The notes under the pieces are model-generated. The model saw nothing but the letters and a program-made list of their open reading frames with translations, searched no databases and had not been told where the DNA came from. The position numbers and the translations under genes are program-made. Positions 8,629 through 17,400 of a DNA stretch of 41,331 bases are shown in pieces. The stretch is from an uncultured Bacilli bacterium (GTDB lineage: Bacteria; Bacillota_I; Bacilli_A; RFN20; CAG-288), in assembly GCA_934700375.1 (NCBI GenBank), contig CAKUXT010000001.1, positions 1 to 41,331 of the forward strand. The letters are read 5' to 3'. The number at the start of each line of letters is the position of its first letter. Positions within the stretch are counted from its first letter, which is position 1.

Positions 8629-10341
8629 TTAAGGATTGGTCTTGCCATCTCCAGGATCTTTTTCGCTTCCATAGAGAGAGTGGAAGTAGTCTTCCAAGAT
8701 ATCACCTGTCTCTTCGTTTCCATTTTCTTTGTTGTCTTCGCCGGCATCATTGTGATAGCCATCGATGACATCGCCGTATTCGGAATAGCCGTTCTGATCG
8801 GTGTAGACCTTGTCACTGCTTCCGTATTTGGTATCGCCGTTACCGCCAGAGGCACCGGTACCGCTTTGAGAGCCGTTGCTTTCGCTGTCGCCCTTGCTGT
8901 TTCCGCCGCCTTCGGAGTCGCCTTCTTCGCCTTTTCCGTCGCCATCTCCTTCGGAGTCGCTGTTATCGCCGCTTTCGCTGTTGTCTCCGTTGTTTTCTCC
9001 GCCTTCGCCTTCAGAATTCTTATCGCCTGCAGAGTCAGCATCATCTCCGGAATTGTTTCCGTTGTTGTTTTCTCCACCGCTGTTCTGATTTTCGCTGTTG
9101 TTCTGATTCTCACTGTTGGAGCCGCTTCCGCTTCCTCCTCCTCCAGGATTGATCAAAGATTCCATATAGGCAATGACCTGGGCTGCAAGATCGCTGTTTT
9201 CCTGTTGTGTCTGCATACACTGGCCGATTTCGTTGATGGCGTGTTCAATGGCAGTGATAGAGTCAGCTTTAGCCTGATCTTCGTTGATACCTTTTTCGGT
9301 ATCACCGCTGAGGAAGGCACTGAATTTCTTGTTGATGGAATCGAGGCTCTTATAGAGGTTTTCCATAGAAAGATACAGAGTGTCATCTTTTCCGACAACT
9401 GTCTTTCCATCGGAATCATCCATGACTGCATCTAATGCGGAAGTGATGGATTCATCGATTGCTTCGATATGATCGTATAAAGCTTCGCCGGTATAAGTGG
9501 TTCTAGGACCGAAGTGCTTCTCTAACTGCTGTAAGATAGAGATAGCAGTTTCCTGGTCACCGCTCTTGATGGCTGCGCCAAGCTTTGCAAGAAGATCGAC
9601 TTTACTGTTTTCTAAGGCTGCGCCAAGTTCTTCTCTGGAATTGGCACGGTCAAGAGCAGCATTGACCTTACCTACTGCAACGATGACTTTGTTCATACGG
9701 GACTGAATATCAACATCGTCCTGTAAGTCTTTCAAGAGATCTGTGAGAATCTGATTGAGTTCAGCCTTGAAGGCTTCGCTTGCATCGGAATTGTTGATGA
9801 TGTTATGAATGTCATCAATGATGTCTTCTGTCTTATTGTTGAAGTCGTCCGGATTAGGTTTGTTGTTTTTGTTTGTCTCATGGATGACATTCGGTGTGAA
9901 GAAGCTTGCTGTGAACAAGCTGGCACCGAAGACAAGAGCAGGAATGTTGATGACGGCAAGCTTGAAGGGAAGCTTCTTGACATCCTTTTTGGAGAGCTGA
10001 GCCTTTGCATCTTCTCTCTGCTTCTGATAAAGGAATCCGTCTTCGTTCTTAAAGGCGACCATGCTGGTGACCTTCTCTTCCATCTTGAAGTCCTTGTCGA
10101 TTCTTTCTGCAATCTTTTCATCATTCGGTTTCTTTAAGAAGAACAGAGTGAGGAAGAGTGCAACTAAGACAACGGCACCGATGATGATGCTGTAGTAGAA
10201 CGGGAAGTTGGCTCCGAACATTCTTGTGAAAAGAATGATGAGGCCTGAAACTGTCAATCCGCCTGCTAATGAGATCAAAGATATTTTCAAATAGAATTCG
10301 CGCATCAGTTTCGCTTTGAATTTTTTGAAGTTTTCGTTCAT
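8629..10341 (-). CDS. Membrane protein with a helical middle region and a long acidic G/S/N/D/E low-complexity tail; first gene of the MoxR operon
   Basis: The ORF is 570 aa with an AGGAGG SD upstream of the ATG at 10341. It has three hydrophobic segments in the first ~150 aa, then an Ala/Leu/Asp-rich helical region, then about 165 aa of GGGSGSGSNSENQN...GDNSESGDNSDSEGDGDGKGEEGD. I recognise no family. Confidence 0.7.
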   Translation of the reverse strand: MNENFKKFKAKLMREFYLKISLISLAGGLTVSGLIILFTRMFGANFPFYYSIIIGAVVLVALFLTLFFLKKPNDEKIAERIDKDFKMEEKVTSMVAFKNEDGFLYQKQREDAKAQLSKKDVKKLPFKLAVINIPALVFGASLFTASFFTPNVIHETNKNNKPNPDDFNNKTEDIIDDIHNIINNSDASEAFKAELNQILTDLLKDLQDDVDIQSRMNKVIVAVGKVNAALDRANSREELGAALENSKVDLLAKLGAAIKSGDQETAISILQQLEKHFGPRTTYTGEALYDHIEAIDESITSALDAVMDDSDGKTVVGKDDTLYLSMENLYKSLDSINKKFSAFLSGDTEKGINEDQAKADSITAIEHAINEIGQCMQTQQENSDLAAQVIAYMESLINPGGGGSGSGSNSENQNNSENQNSGGENNNGNNSGDDADSAGDKNSEGEGGENNGDNSESGDNSDSEGDGDGKGEEGDSEGGGNSKGDSESNGSQSGTGASGGNGDTKYGSSDKVYTDQNGYSEYGDVIDGYHNDAGEDNKENGNEETGDILEDYFHSLYGSEKDPGDGKTNP

Positions 10342-10407
10342 ATGATGTTTCCTCCTTTATTTATAAAGAAATAGCCGCCAGATAATGTGGTTCTGGAAAC
10401 GGCAAGA

Positions 10408-10436
10408 ATTATAAAATGGAATATCGATATTTTAAA
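10408..10436 (-). promoter_or_regulatory. Candidate sigma-A promoter of the MoxR operon
   Basis: On the minus strand this reads TTTAAA (10436-10431), a 17-nt spacer, then TATAAT (10413-10408). It lies about 65 nt upstream of the ATG at 10341. Confidence 0.4.
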
Positions 10437-10439
10437 AAG

Positions 10440-10472
10440 AGCTCTTATCATGAAAAAGCTAATGATAGAGCT
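10440..10472 (-). terminator. Hairpin (possible insulating terminator) just upstream of the MoxR operon promoter
   Basis: An 11-bp stem with one bulge pairs agctct(t)atcat with atgatagagct around a 10-nt loop. On the minus strand CTTTTTAAA follows; on the plus strand atcatttt follows. No coding gene feeds into it. Confidence 0.3.
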
Positions 10473-10533
10473 ATCATTTTGAAAAAGTGGCGAAAAACTA
10501 TAAAAAAGTGATTGTTTTTACTAAGCGTGTAAA

Positions 10534-10727
10534 AATGTAAGCGGTTTTAAGTTTGAAGTCGAAAGGACAGACTTGATCTGCAAAAATTATATATAAAAAT
10601 CTTTTTTAAGTTTATTTTAAGGTTCAATTTTACGCTTTTTGGCAAGAAACATTAAAATAAGCTTAAAAAATATAAAAATGATAAAAGACAAAAGTAAAGT
10701 AAACAATTCTTGATAACCGCTTACATT
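10534..10727. repeat. Perfect 13-bp inverted repeat pair flanking a 168-bp AT-rich segment
   Basis: aatgtaagcggtt at 10534-10546 is the exact reverse complement of aaccgcttacatt at 10715-10727. Confidence 0.9.
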
Positions 10728-10885
10728 CAATTCTTTTTCTCAATTTAGATTTTCGACAAAATCATTGATGTTTTTAATGTTTTGAATTGTTTTTCATTGA
10801 AAAACATAACTAATTTTCAAAAACCAAAAACATATTTTTCATCTTTTTCAAAAAAAGATATAAGTTTCAGAACAAAATGAAATAG

Positions 10886-10913
10886 TTGTCCTCTGATTTC
10901 CTTATTTTATAAT
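10886..10913 (+). promoter_or_regulatory. Candidate sigma-A promoter of lipoprotein gene 1
   Basis: TTGTCC (10886-10891), a 16-nt spacer, then TATAAT (10908-10913). The SD GGAGGA is at 10927-10932 and the ATG at 10942. Confidence 0.45.
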
Positions 10914-10941
10914 TTCATTTGTTTTTGGAGGATTACAAAAC

Positions 10942-13900
10942 ATGAAAAATGTCAAAAAATCAGTATTGTTATCTCTTATCTCCTTGGCTTTGATCTCCTG
11001 TGGCGAAAACACATCGGCTTCCGATGTGACCACTGCCACTCGTCCAACTGATAAGGTTACAAATACTGAGACAGCAAAACCGATTGAGACTGCTACACCG
11101 GATACAACAGTCGGCCCGGATACTACTATACCGGATACAGACAGTGAACCTAGCACAGACAGCGAACCTAGCACGGATGAAGATGCCTGGGGCGAAGAAA
11201 TCAGCTCTTTGATGAGCAAGCATTTAGGCGGAGTTGTTCTTCCCTATATTTCCTTAGGAAGAAACCCTGAAGGTTCCTGGACAAGAAATTCCGGAGACTA
11301 TGGTATTCTCACAGTCATCGGAAGCAAGTTCAATAAGGACCTTCTTACCACTGCTACCACTGCTTTTGAAGCAAAGGGATGGGCTTGTACTGCTACAGCA
11401 ACAACTTTCACAGGTGAATTGAAAGACAAACATGTCAAAGTCGAATTGACCAGCGATCAGTATGGATATGCATTGCTCACTGCTGTTTATGATGAACCCT
11501 TTGATGCGACAAGTGTCGATAGCTGGGATCAGGATACTTTGGATAGCATGCGCGATCATTTGGGCGGCCATACGCTTCCTTTCATTTACACAGGTATGGC
11601 AGTTCCTTTCACACAGTGGTCCAATACGACCAAGACCTTCTCCATCGACGGCGGAAAATGGGATGACAGCGTCCTTGATCTTGCTCTTGCTTCTTTGACG
11701 AAAGCAAACTACACCAATGTCAAGAAGACAACAGAGAGCTGGGGTGTTGTCGTCAGCGGTGATTTCACCTTTGACGATGGATGCTCTGTATCCGTCTCTC
11801 TTTATAAATCAGGTGCGGAGACTGTTCCTTTCCCGTATCTTTCTGTCTTCTACAAAGAAGCCTACAATCCTGTCGAAGGCGCAACATGGCCTAATGTCAT
11901 TTCCGATCGTTTCAATGATAGCTTCGATGGTCATCAGCTCCCTTATCTCTATTTAGGCAGCGATGTTCTTTCTTCCGATTGGAACTCCACAGTCACCAAG
12001 CTTACAATTAGCGGCGGTGCTTTTGATACCCGTATGTTTGCTTCGGCAAAAGCTACACTTGCAGCCGATGGATATGACTGCACGGATGAGATGGATGGCA
12101 AGGGTGTACAGAAGTCCCTCATCGCTTCCAAGAAGATGAGCGAGGGCTGTACCATGGTCGCTGTATTATTTGGCAACTCCAAGTTGGCTAAGCTGGATGT
12201 TTACTACTATTCTCCTTTAAGCATTCCTGCTGATGCTACTGAATTTGATGAAGTCGTCAAGGCAAAGATGGACAAATATCTCGATGGTCACAGCGCAGAA
12301 GTTCCTTTTGTCTATTTAGGAGCGGATGTCTTGGATGTTTCCTTTGATGATTATGATGATGCTTTGGAAATCGTCGGAGACAAGTTCAATGGCGCCATGA
12401 TCGACAATGCAAAGAAATCCTTCGCTGATGCCGGTTATACCGTTTCCATGGCAAGCGATGAATCCTATGGAAGAGTCTTCACTGCTACAAAGACTTTATC
12501 CGATAAGTGTGTCATTACTGCAAAGATGGAATCAAGCTATGGAACAAAGACTGCAGTTCTTTCCCTTTCCTGTGTAGAAGGCTATAACCCTCCGAGTGCA
12601 GGAAGCACAGAAGCAGCATGGAGCGAGACTATCAAGGGTGCCATGACACTTGAATTGGGTGGCCATGTCCTTCCGTATTTCTATCTCGGCACAAAAGCTG
12701 CTACCTTAAAGCAGAGCAAGAACACCATCGAACTTGTCGGTGGTTCTTATAACAGCCTGATCCTTGCTTCTACAAAGGAAGCTCTTAAGACAATGGAAGG
12801 ATTCACTTGGACCTTCACTGATGGTGTCGATAGAATCGATGGAACAGGTGTTGATAAAGACGGCAACAAGATCACCATCGCACTTTACAAGAACTCTAAG
12901 AACAAGGTCTATTTCAAGGCCACATATCTGAAAGCATTTGTCGTTCCGACAAATGGTGCCTGGAGCGAAGCCATCCAGAGCGCAATGACTACAAACTTCG
13001 GTGAGGTTTTGCCTTTTGTCTATCTTGCCATAGATGCTCCTGAAGCAGGTGAATTCTATGATGGAAGATTAGATATCAAAGGCGGAACATGGGATGATCA
13101 GATGTATGACCTTGCAGAAAAGGCGTTCAAGGCTTCCGGATTCACTCTTAGCACCGGAACCAGCGAAAATGATTCTGGTGAAATGGTCACTGCTTATAAG
13201 GAAAGCAATGGAAAACTGATCCGTCTTGCTGTCTATAATTCCAGTGATGTTGCTATGTATAGAGCCTGTGTCGATGAAGCTCCGACATATCCTACTGATC
13301 AGACCGATTGGTCTTCTGCTATCAAGACTGCTATTGAAGGATATATGGGAACCACGAATACGATTCCGTATTTCTATACTGGTGAAAGTACACCTACTAC
13401 ACGTCAAAGAACATGGCCCGGAAACGGAAAGATCTATTTGCAGATCTCTAACCTCAAGAACTGGAATCAAAACTATACATTGAATGCAAAGAAGGTTTTG
13501 GAAGCTGCTGGATGGACAACAACTTTCTATGCAGTTCAGGGAGACACCAGCTCTGCTGCAGGTGCTAAATTAGTCGAAAAGAATACTTATAGCGATGGCT
13601 CCAGTGTCGTCCTTACAATCAAGGCTGGATATTCAAATACCATCTATATCGCCTATCAGAAACCATTCACTCCTAGCCTTGAAACAAGTTGGGCTCCGAC
13701 TGTTCTCAATGCGATGGAATCCAATTTGAATGGCCATGTCATTCCTTATTTCTATATGGGTACAGATGAACCTGCCTTCCAGTTCGACAGAACCACACAT
13801 TGCTTGACGGTTGTCGGCGGTGTCTGGAATGAAGAAATCTATGGCTTAGCCGAAAAGGCTTTGAAAGCAGATACAAGCCTTGATTGGAATATTCTTTATG

Positions 13901-14058
13901 ATTATTCTGTCGGCCAGTATTCTTCCGGCAAGACATTGATTGCGGTTGCTGAAGAAAAAGATACCGGCAAGCATCTCACCGTCAAGATCTATAATGCAAC
14001 ATCCGGTACAAACGAATACGGTGTCCAGGCTCCTGTCATGGAAGTCTATTACAACTAA
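10942..14058 (+). CDS. Giant surface lipoprotein built from eight ~115-aa repeat modules (paralogue 1)
   Basis: The ORF is 1038 aa, with a signal peptide and lipobox LALISC (Cys20). A T/P/D/S-rich linker follows, including a tandem DSEPST x2 encoded by an 18-bp DNA repeat at 11150-11185. Eight modules begin at about aa 83, 195, 316, 434, 560, 674, 790 and 917. Each starts W-x3-(I/L)-x2-M-x3-L-G-G-H-x-LP(Y/F)-x-Y-(L/M/T)-G and contains A-x3-(F/L)-x3-G-(W/F/Y). Confidence 0.85.
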   Translation: MKNVKKSVLLSLISLALISCGENTSASDVTTATRPTDKVTNTETAKPIETATPDTTVGPDTTIPDTDSEPSTDSEPSTDEDAWGEEISSLMSKHLGGVVLPYISLGRNPEGSWTRNSGDYGILTVIGSKFNKDLLTTATTAFEAKGWACTATATTFTGELKDKHVKVELTSDQYGYALLTAVYDEPFDATSVDSWDQDTLDSMRDHLGGHTLPFIYTGMAVPFTQWSNTTKTFSIDGGKWDDSVLDLALASLTKANYTNVKKTTESWGVVVSGDFTFDDGCSVSVSLYKSGAETVPFPYLSVFYKEAYNPVEGATWPNVISDRFNDSFDGHQLPYLYLGSDVLSSDWNSTVTKLTISGGAFDTRMFASAKATLAADGYDCTDEMDGKGVQKSLIASKKMSEGCTMVAVLFGNSKLAKLDVYYYSPLSIPADATEFDEVVKAKMDKYLDGHSAEVPFVYLGADVLDVSFDDYDDALEIVGDKFNGAMIDNAKKSFADAGYTVSMASDESYGRVFTATKTLSDKCVITAKMESSYGTKTAVLSLSCVEGYNPPSAGSTEAAWSETIKGAMTLELGGHVLPYFYLGTKAATLKQSKNTIELVGGSYNSLILASTKEALKTMEGFTWTFTDGVDRIDGTGVDKDGNKITIALYKNSKNKVYFKATYLKAFVVPTNGAWSEAIQSAMTTNFGEVLPFVYLAIDAPEAGEFYDGRLDIKGGTWDDQMYDLAEKAFKASGFTLSTGTSENDSGEMVTAYKESNGKLIRLAVYNSSDVAMYRACVDEAPTYPTDQTDWSSAIKTAIEGYMGTTNTIPYFYTGESTPTTRQRTWPGNGKIYLQISNLKNWNQNYTLNAKKVLEAAGWTTTFYAVQGDTSSAAGAKLVEKNTYSDGSSVVLTIKAGYSNTIYIAYQKPFTPSLETSWAPTVLNAMESNLNGHVIPYFYMGTDEPAFQFDRTTHCLTVVGGVWNEEIYGLAEKALKADTSLDWNILYDYSVGQYSSGKTLIAVAEEKDTGKHLTVKIYNATSGTNEYGVQAPVMEVYYN

Positions 14059-14086
14059 AAATTTCAGACTGAATATGCATAATAAA

Positions 14087-14112
14087 GCGGCTCAGCAATG
14101 AGCCGTTTTATT
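14087..14112 (+). terminator. Rho-independent terminator of lipoprotein gene 1
   Basis: The stem pairs gcggctca with tgagccgt (7 bp plus a G-U pair) around the loop gcaa. The T-rich run ttttattatgctttttt follows. Confidence 0.75.
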
Positions 14113-14452
14113 ATGCTTTTTTAAAGATGGAAGAGCTTACATTTATTCTAACCAATTCTGTACTTACTGATATTCGTTTGAGCTATTTTAATAAAATATT
14201 AAGAAAATGGTGATGAAATTTAAAGAAAACTGAAAAAACACAAAGTGGAAAAAATTCAATCAAGCGCTTACAAAAAGCCTTTTATTTTCATCACTTTTGT
14301 TCGAATTGATGAAAATTGGCTGATTTTGTTGAAAAAGCTGATGAAATTCTAAATTTTTAATACTTTTTGGCTGTTTTCTCATTGAAAAACATGTTTTAAC
14401 TTCCAAAATCAAATATCAATAATTGTATATACCCATTTGGGAGGTAAACGAT

Positions 14453-17400
14453 ATGAGAAAAAATAAAATCATTCTTACGGCTCTGCTTGCACTCGTCCTT
14501 GGAGGCTGCGGAACCAATACGAATTCTTCGGTCTCTAAGCCAACAGAATCGGCTACGGCCAAGGACACAGGTACAGAAATAGCACCTGTCACAGAAGGTC
14601 CGGTTTCTACTGACACAACCAGTGATTCTGGTTTTGTCACAGACATCATGGATAGTTCCACTGAATCCAGTTCAGAGGAGTTTGAAGAGACATGGAATGA
14701 TGATGTCTATGATTTGATGATGGTACATTTAGGAGAACAGGTTGTTCCCTTCTTTGACATGGGAAAGAATGTCGAAGCAAAGTGGGTTGCCAAGACCGGT
14801 CTTCTCACTGTCATGGGATCTAACAGTCTCAACAATAAGAGATTGCTGGAAGTCAAAGCCTTGTATGAGGAAAAAGGATGGACAGGAACAGAAGTCACAG
14901 ATACCTCTGAATCTTTGACGGTGACAAATGAAGAACTGCATCTTTCTGCTGTTCTCTCTGAAGATAAGTATGGTTATGTTCAGTTTGCCATCACCTATGA
15001 TGAACCGTTTGATGCAACAAAGGCAAAAGGCGAATGGAATGATGATGTCAAAGCAGCTTTCAATACTTATTTGGATGGCCATATCCTTCCTTATGTCTAT
15101 CTTGGTACGGATAACAACCAGTATTTATCCTGGGCTTCTGGCTCAAAGATTCTCACTATTAGAGGAAAGAAGTGGGATGATTCCATTGCTGATGCTGCAA
15201 AGAAGGCTTTTGGCGATTTTCAGCTCGAAACAAGTGTCGATTCTTATGATAGAACAGTCTCTGTCTTTAAGAAAGTGTTCTCTGACGGCTGCAGTTTCTC
15301 TGTCAAAGTTTCACCTACTAGCAGCAAAGACAATCCGAAAGCCAACTATATCATCACCTATTCTGAGGTCTTTGACGCAAGCACAGTCACAGAATGGAAA
15401 CAGGATGTCAAAGCCGATCTTGCAACCTTACATAATCACGAGCTCCCCTTTATCTATTTAGGAACAAAGGCTCCGACAAGCAAGAAGGGAACTAATACTG
15501 TTACAATCACCGGAAACAAATTCGATGTCGAAGTCATCACGACAGCTCAGGCTCAGTTTGAGAAGGCGGGATGGGAGACTTATAAAGGGACGGGTACATA
15601 TGGTGATGCTGTTTTCGCACTTCATGTCTTTGATGATGGATGCACGATAACAGCCTCTGTCCAGCAGTCTTCTTCGTCTACTTCCAGTGCCTATAATACA
15701 CTGGTCTTTGCGAGGTACGATAAACTGGTACCCTCAACTGATGTCACTGATTGGACGGATGCTGCAAGAGCCAACATGATCTCGAATCTTGGCGGTCATC
15801 TCATTCCGTTCAGCTTCATCGGCTCTACAATGACCAGCAAAGTCGATACAAGCACTAGAGCAGTGACAGTCACAGGGGATGCTTTCAATCCGACAATGGT
15901 CAGCAATTTCAAGGCTGTATTGGACAAAGATGGATGGACAGCAAAGTATTCGACAAATAAATACGGCAGAACCTTGGTGGCATCGAAAGAATTTGAGGAT
16001 GGTACGGTTTCTTTGACAATCGGCGCTCCGTATTCTCTTTCTTCGAAGATCAGCGTTGTCGCATCCTATCGTGAAAAGTTTGATGTTCCTTCTTCCGGCG
16101 GATGGTCAGAAACAGACCTTCAGGCGATGAAGGATGCCTTAGGCGGATATTCTATTCCGTACTTCTATATGGGAACAGATGCACCGGTTGTCTCTGCCTC
16201 TAAGACTGTGGAAGGCTCGGTTACTATCACTGGCGGACTTTGGAATGATCAGATCACAGACCTGTTTGATGAGGCGATCAAGGCCGATACGGCATTGACA
16301 TGGACGCTCTTGGATGATGGATCTTTAACTAATAAAATCATTTATCATGGAAAGGATGAGAAAGGAAATCTCCTTGTTCTTACTTTGACAATTCCAACTG
16401 TTGCCACAAAGAAAACATCGCTATTGATTCGTTATAAGGCTGCTTATGATCCGACGATGATGACAAAGTGGGATGATGATACAATCGCTGCGATGAAGAC
16501 AAATCTCAACGGACATGAGATGCCGTTTGTCTATTTAGGAAGCAAGGCAGTCGCTGCTAAAATAAGTTCGACTGGCTTCACTATTGAAGCTGAAGACTAT
16601 GCTACATTCGATCAGAGAATCCTTGACGAAGCTAAGAAGACTTTTGAAGCTGCTGGATTCACGACGAATACCAAATTGAACACCTACTATTATTCATGCC
16701 TTGAAGGAACAAAGACTTTCGATGATGGCTATACAGTTCGTTTTGTTTTGGAAAAGGCGGGTACAGCTGAATTGGCTGAGCCGCGTCTTGTCATGTATCT
16801 CGATAAGCCATTAACCGATACGAAGGCGGAAGATTATTCTTGGGGACTTACAATAGCTGATCAGACCAAGCTCGATAACTTCTTAGGAAGCTATAAGGCT
16901 CCTGATGTCTTTATGGGTACTGGAGCAACAGTAAAATGTTCTGTGTCTCAAGTCACAAAAGGCAACAACTACGCAAGACTCTATGCCTCCTTCAATAAGA
17001 CAGTTGCGCCACAGAACAACGGCTATATTCTTCAGGCTAAGAAAGACCTTGAAACACAGGGCTTCACGATGACCAAATATGTCATCAACAACGGTTATAC
17101 TGGATCCGGCATGGAATTCAGCAAGAAACTTGATGATGAAAATGAAATGAAAGTCGCTGTCAGAATGTCTTCTTCTAATATGGAGCTCTATATCTCCATC
17201 GTTCCGATCTTCACGCCTACGGAAAAAACCGCATGGAATGATAGAATTACTGCTCAAATGAAGTATTACTTTGATGGCTATGTTCTTCCTTTCTTCGATA
17301 TTGGTGACGAATATCCGTCTGTAAAATTCGATTACACAAAGGGTACACAGACATTGGTTTTGCAAAGTGCTACATATGATGACTCTATCTTCACTTCCGC

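Noticed and set aside
8625-9435. Long ORFs on both strands (8680-9435 +, 8876-9088 +, 8625-9113 -) inside the 3' part of the 570-aa gene
   Set aside because: They lie entirely within the GGN/GAN/AGC-biased low-complexity region, which lacks stop codons in several frames. They have no SD and encode repetitive nonsense (FAV/SPL repeats). They are shadows of the real minus-strand frame that continues the operon's first gene.
11150-11185. A tandem 18-bp direct repeat that could be mistaken for a repeat array
   Set aside because: There are only two copies. They are in frame inside the lipoprotein linker (DSEPST DSEPST) and have no spacers. This is a coding duplication, not a CRISPR array or a regulatory repeat. 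No CRISPR-like array was seen anywhere in the window.
14296-14312. A tRNA-like T-arm sequence (gttcgaatt) in the lipoprotein 2 upstream region
   Set aside because: There are only 8-9 nt of resemblance to GGTTCGAATCC. No acceptor or anticodon stems can be drawn around it. The surrounding sequence is AT-rich spacer.
14423-14452. Track start codons that extend genes upstream: 14423 (TTG) for lipoprotein 2, 691 for mgsA, 27160 for copZ, 28058 for the acidic protein, 18196 for the small TM protein and 28920 for the 8-TM protein
   Set aside because: In each case an internal ATG has a properly spaced Shine-Dalgarno sequence and gives a canonical N-terminus (a signal peptide, MKTIALIAHD, and so on). 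The extended start lacks an SD or overlaps the preceding gene extensively.
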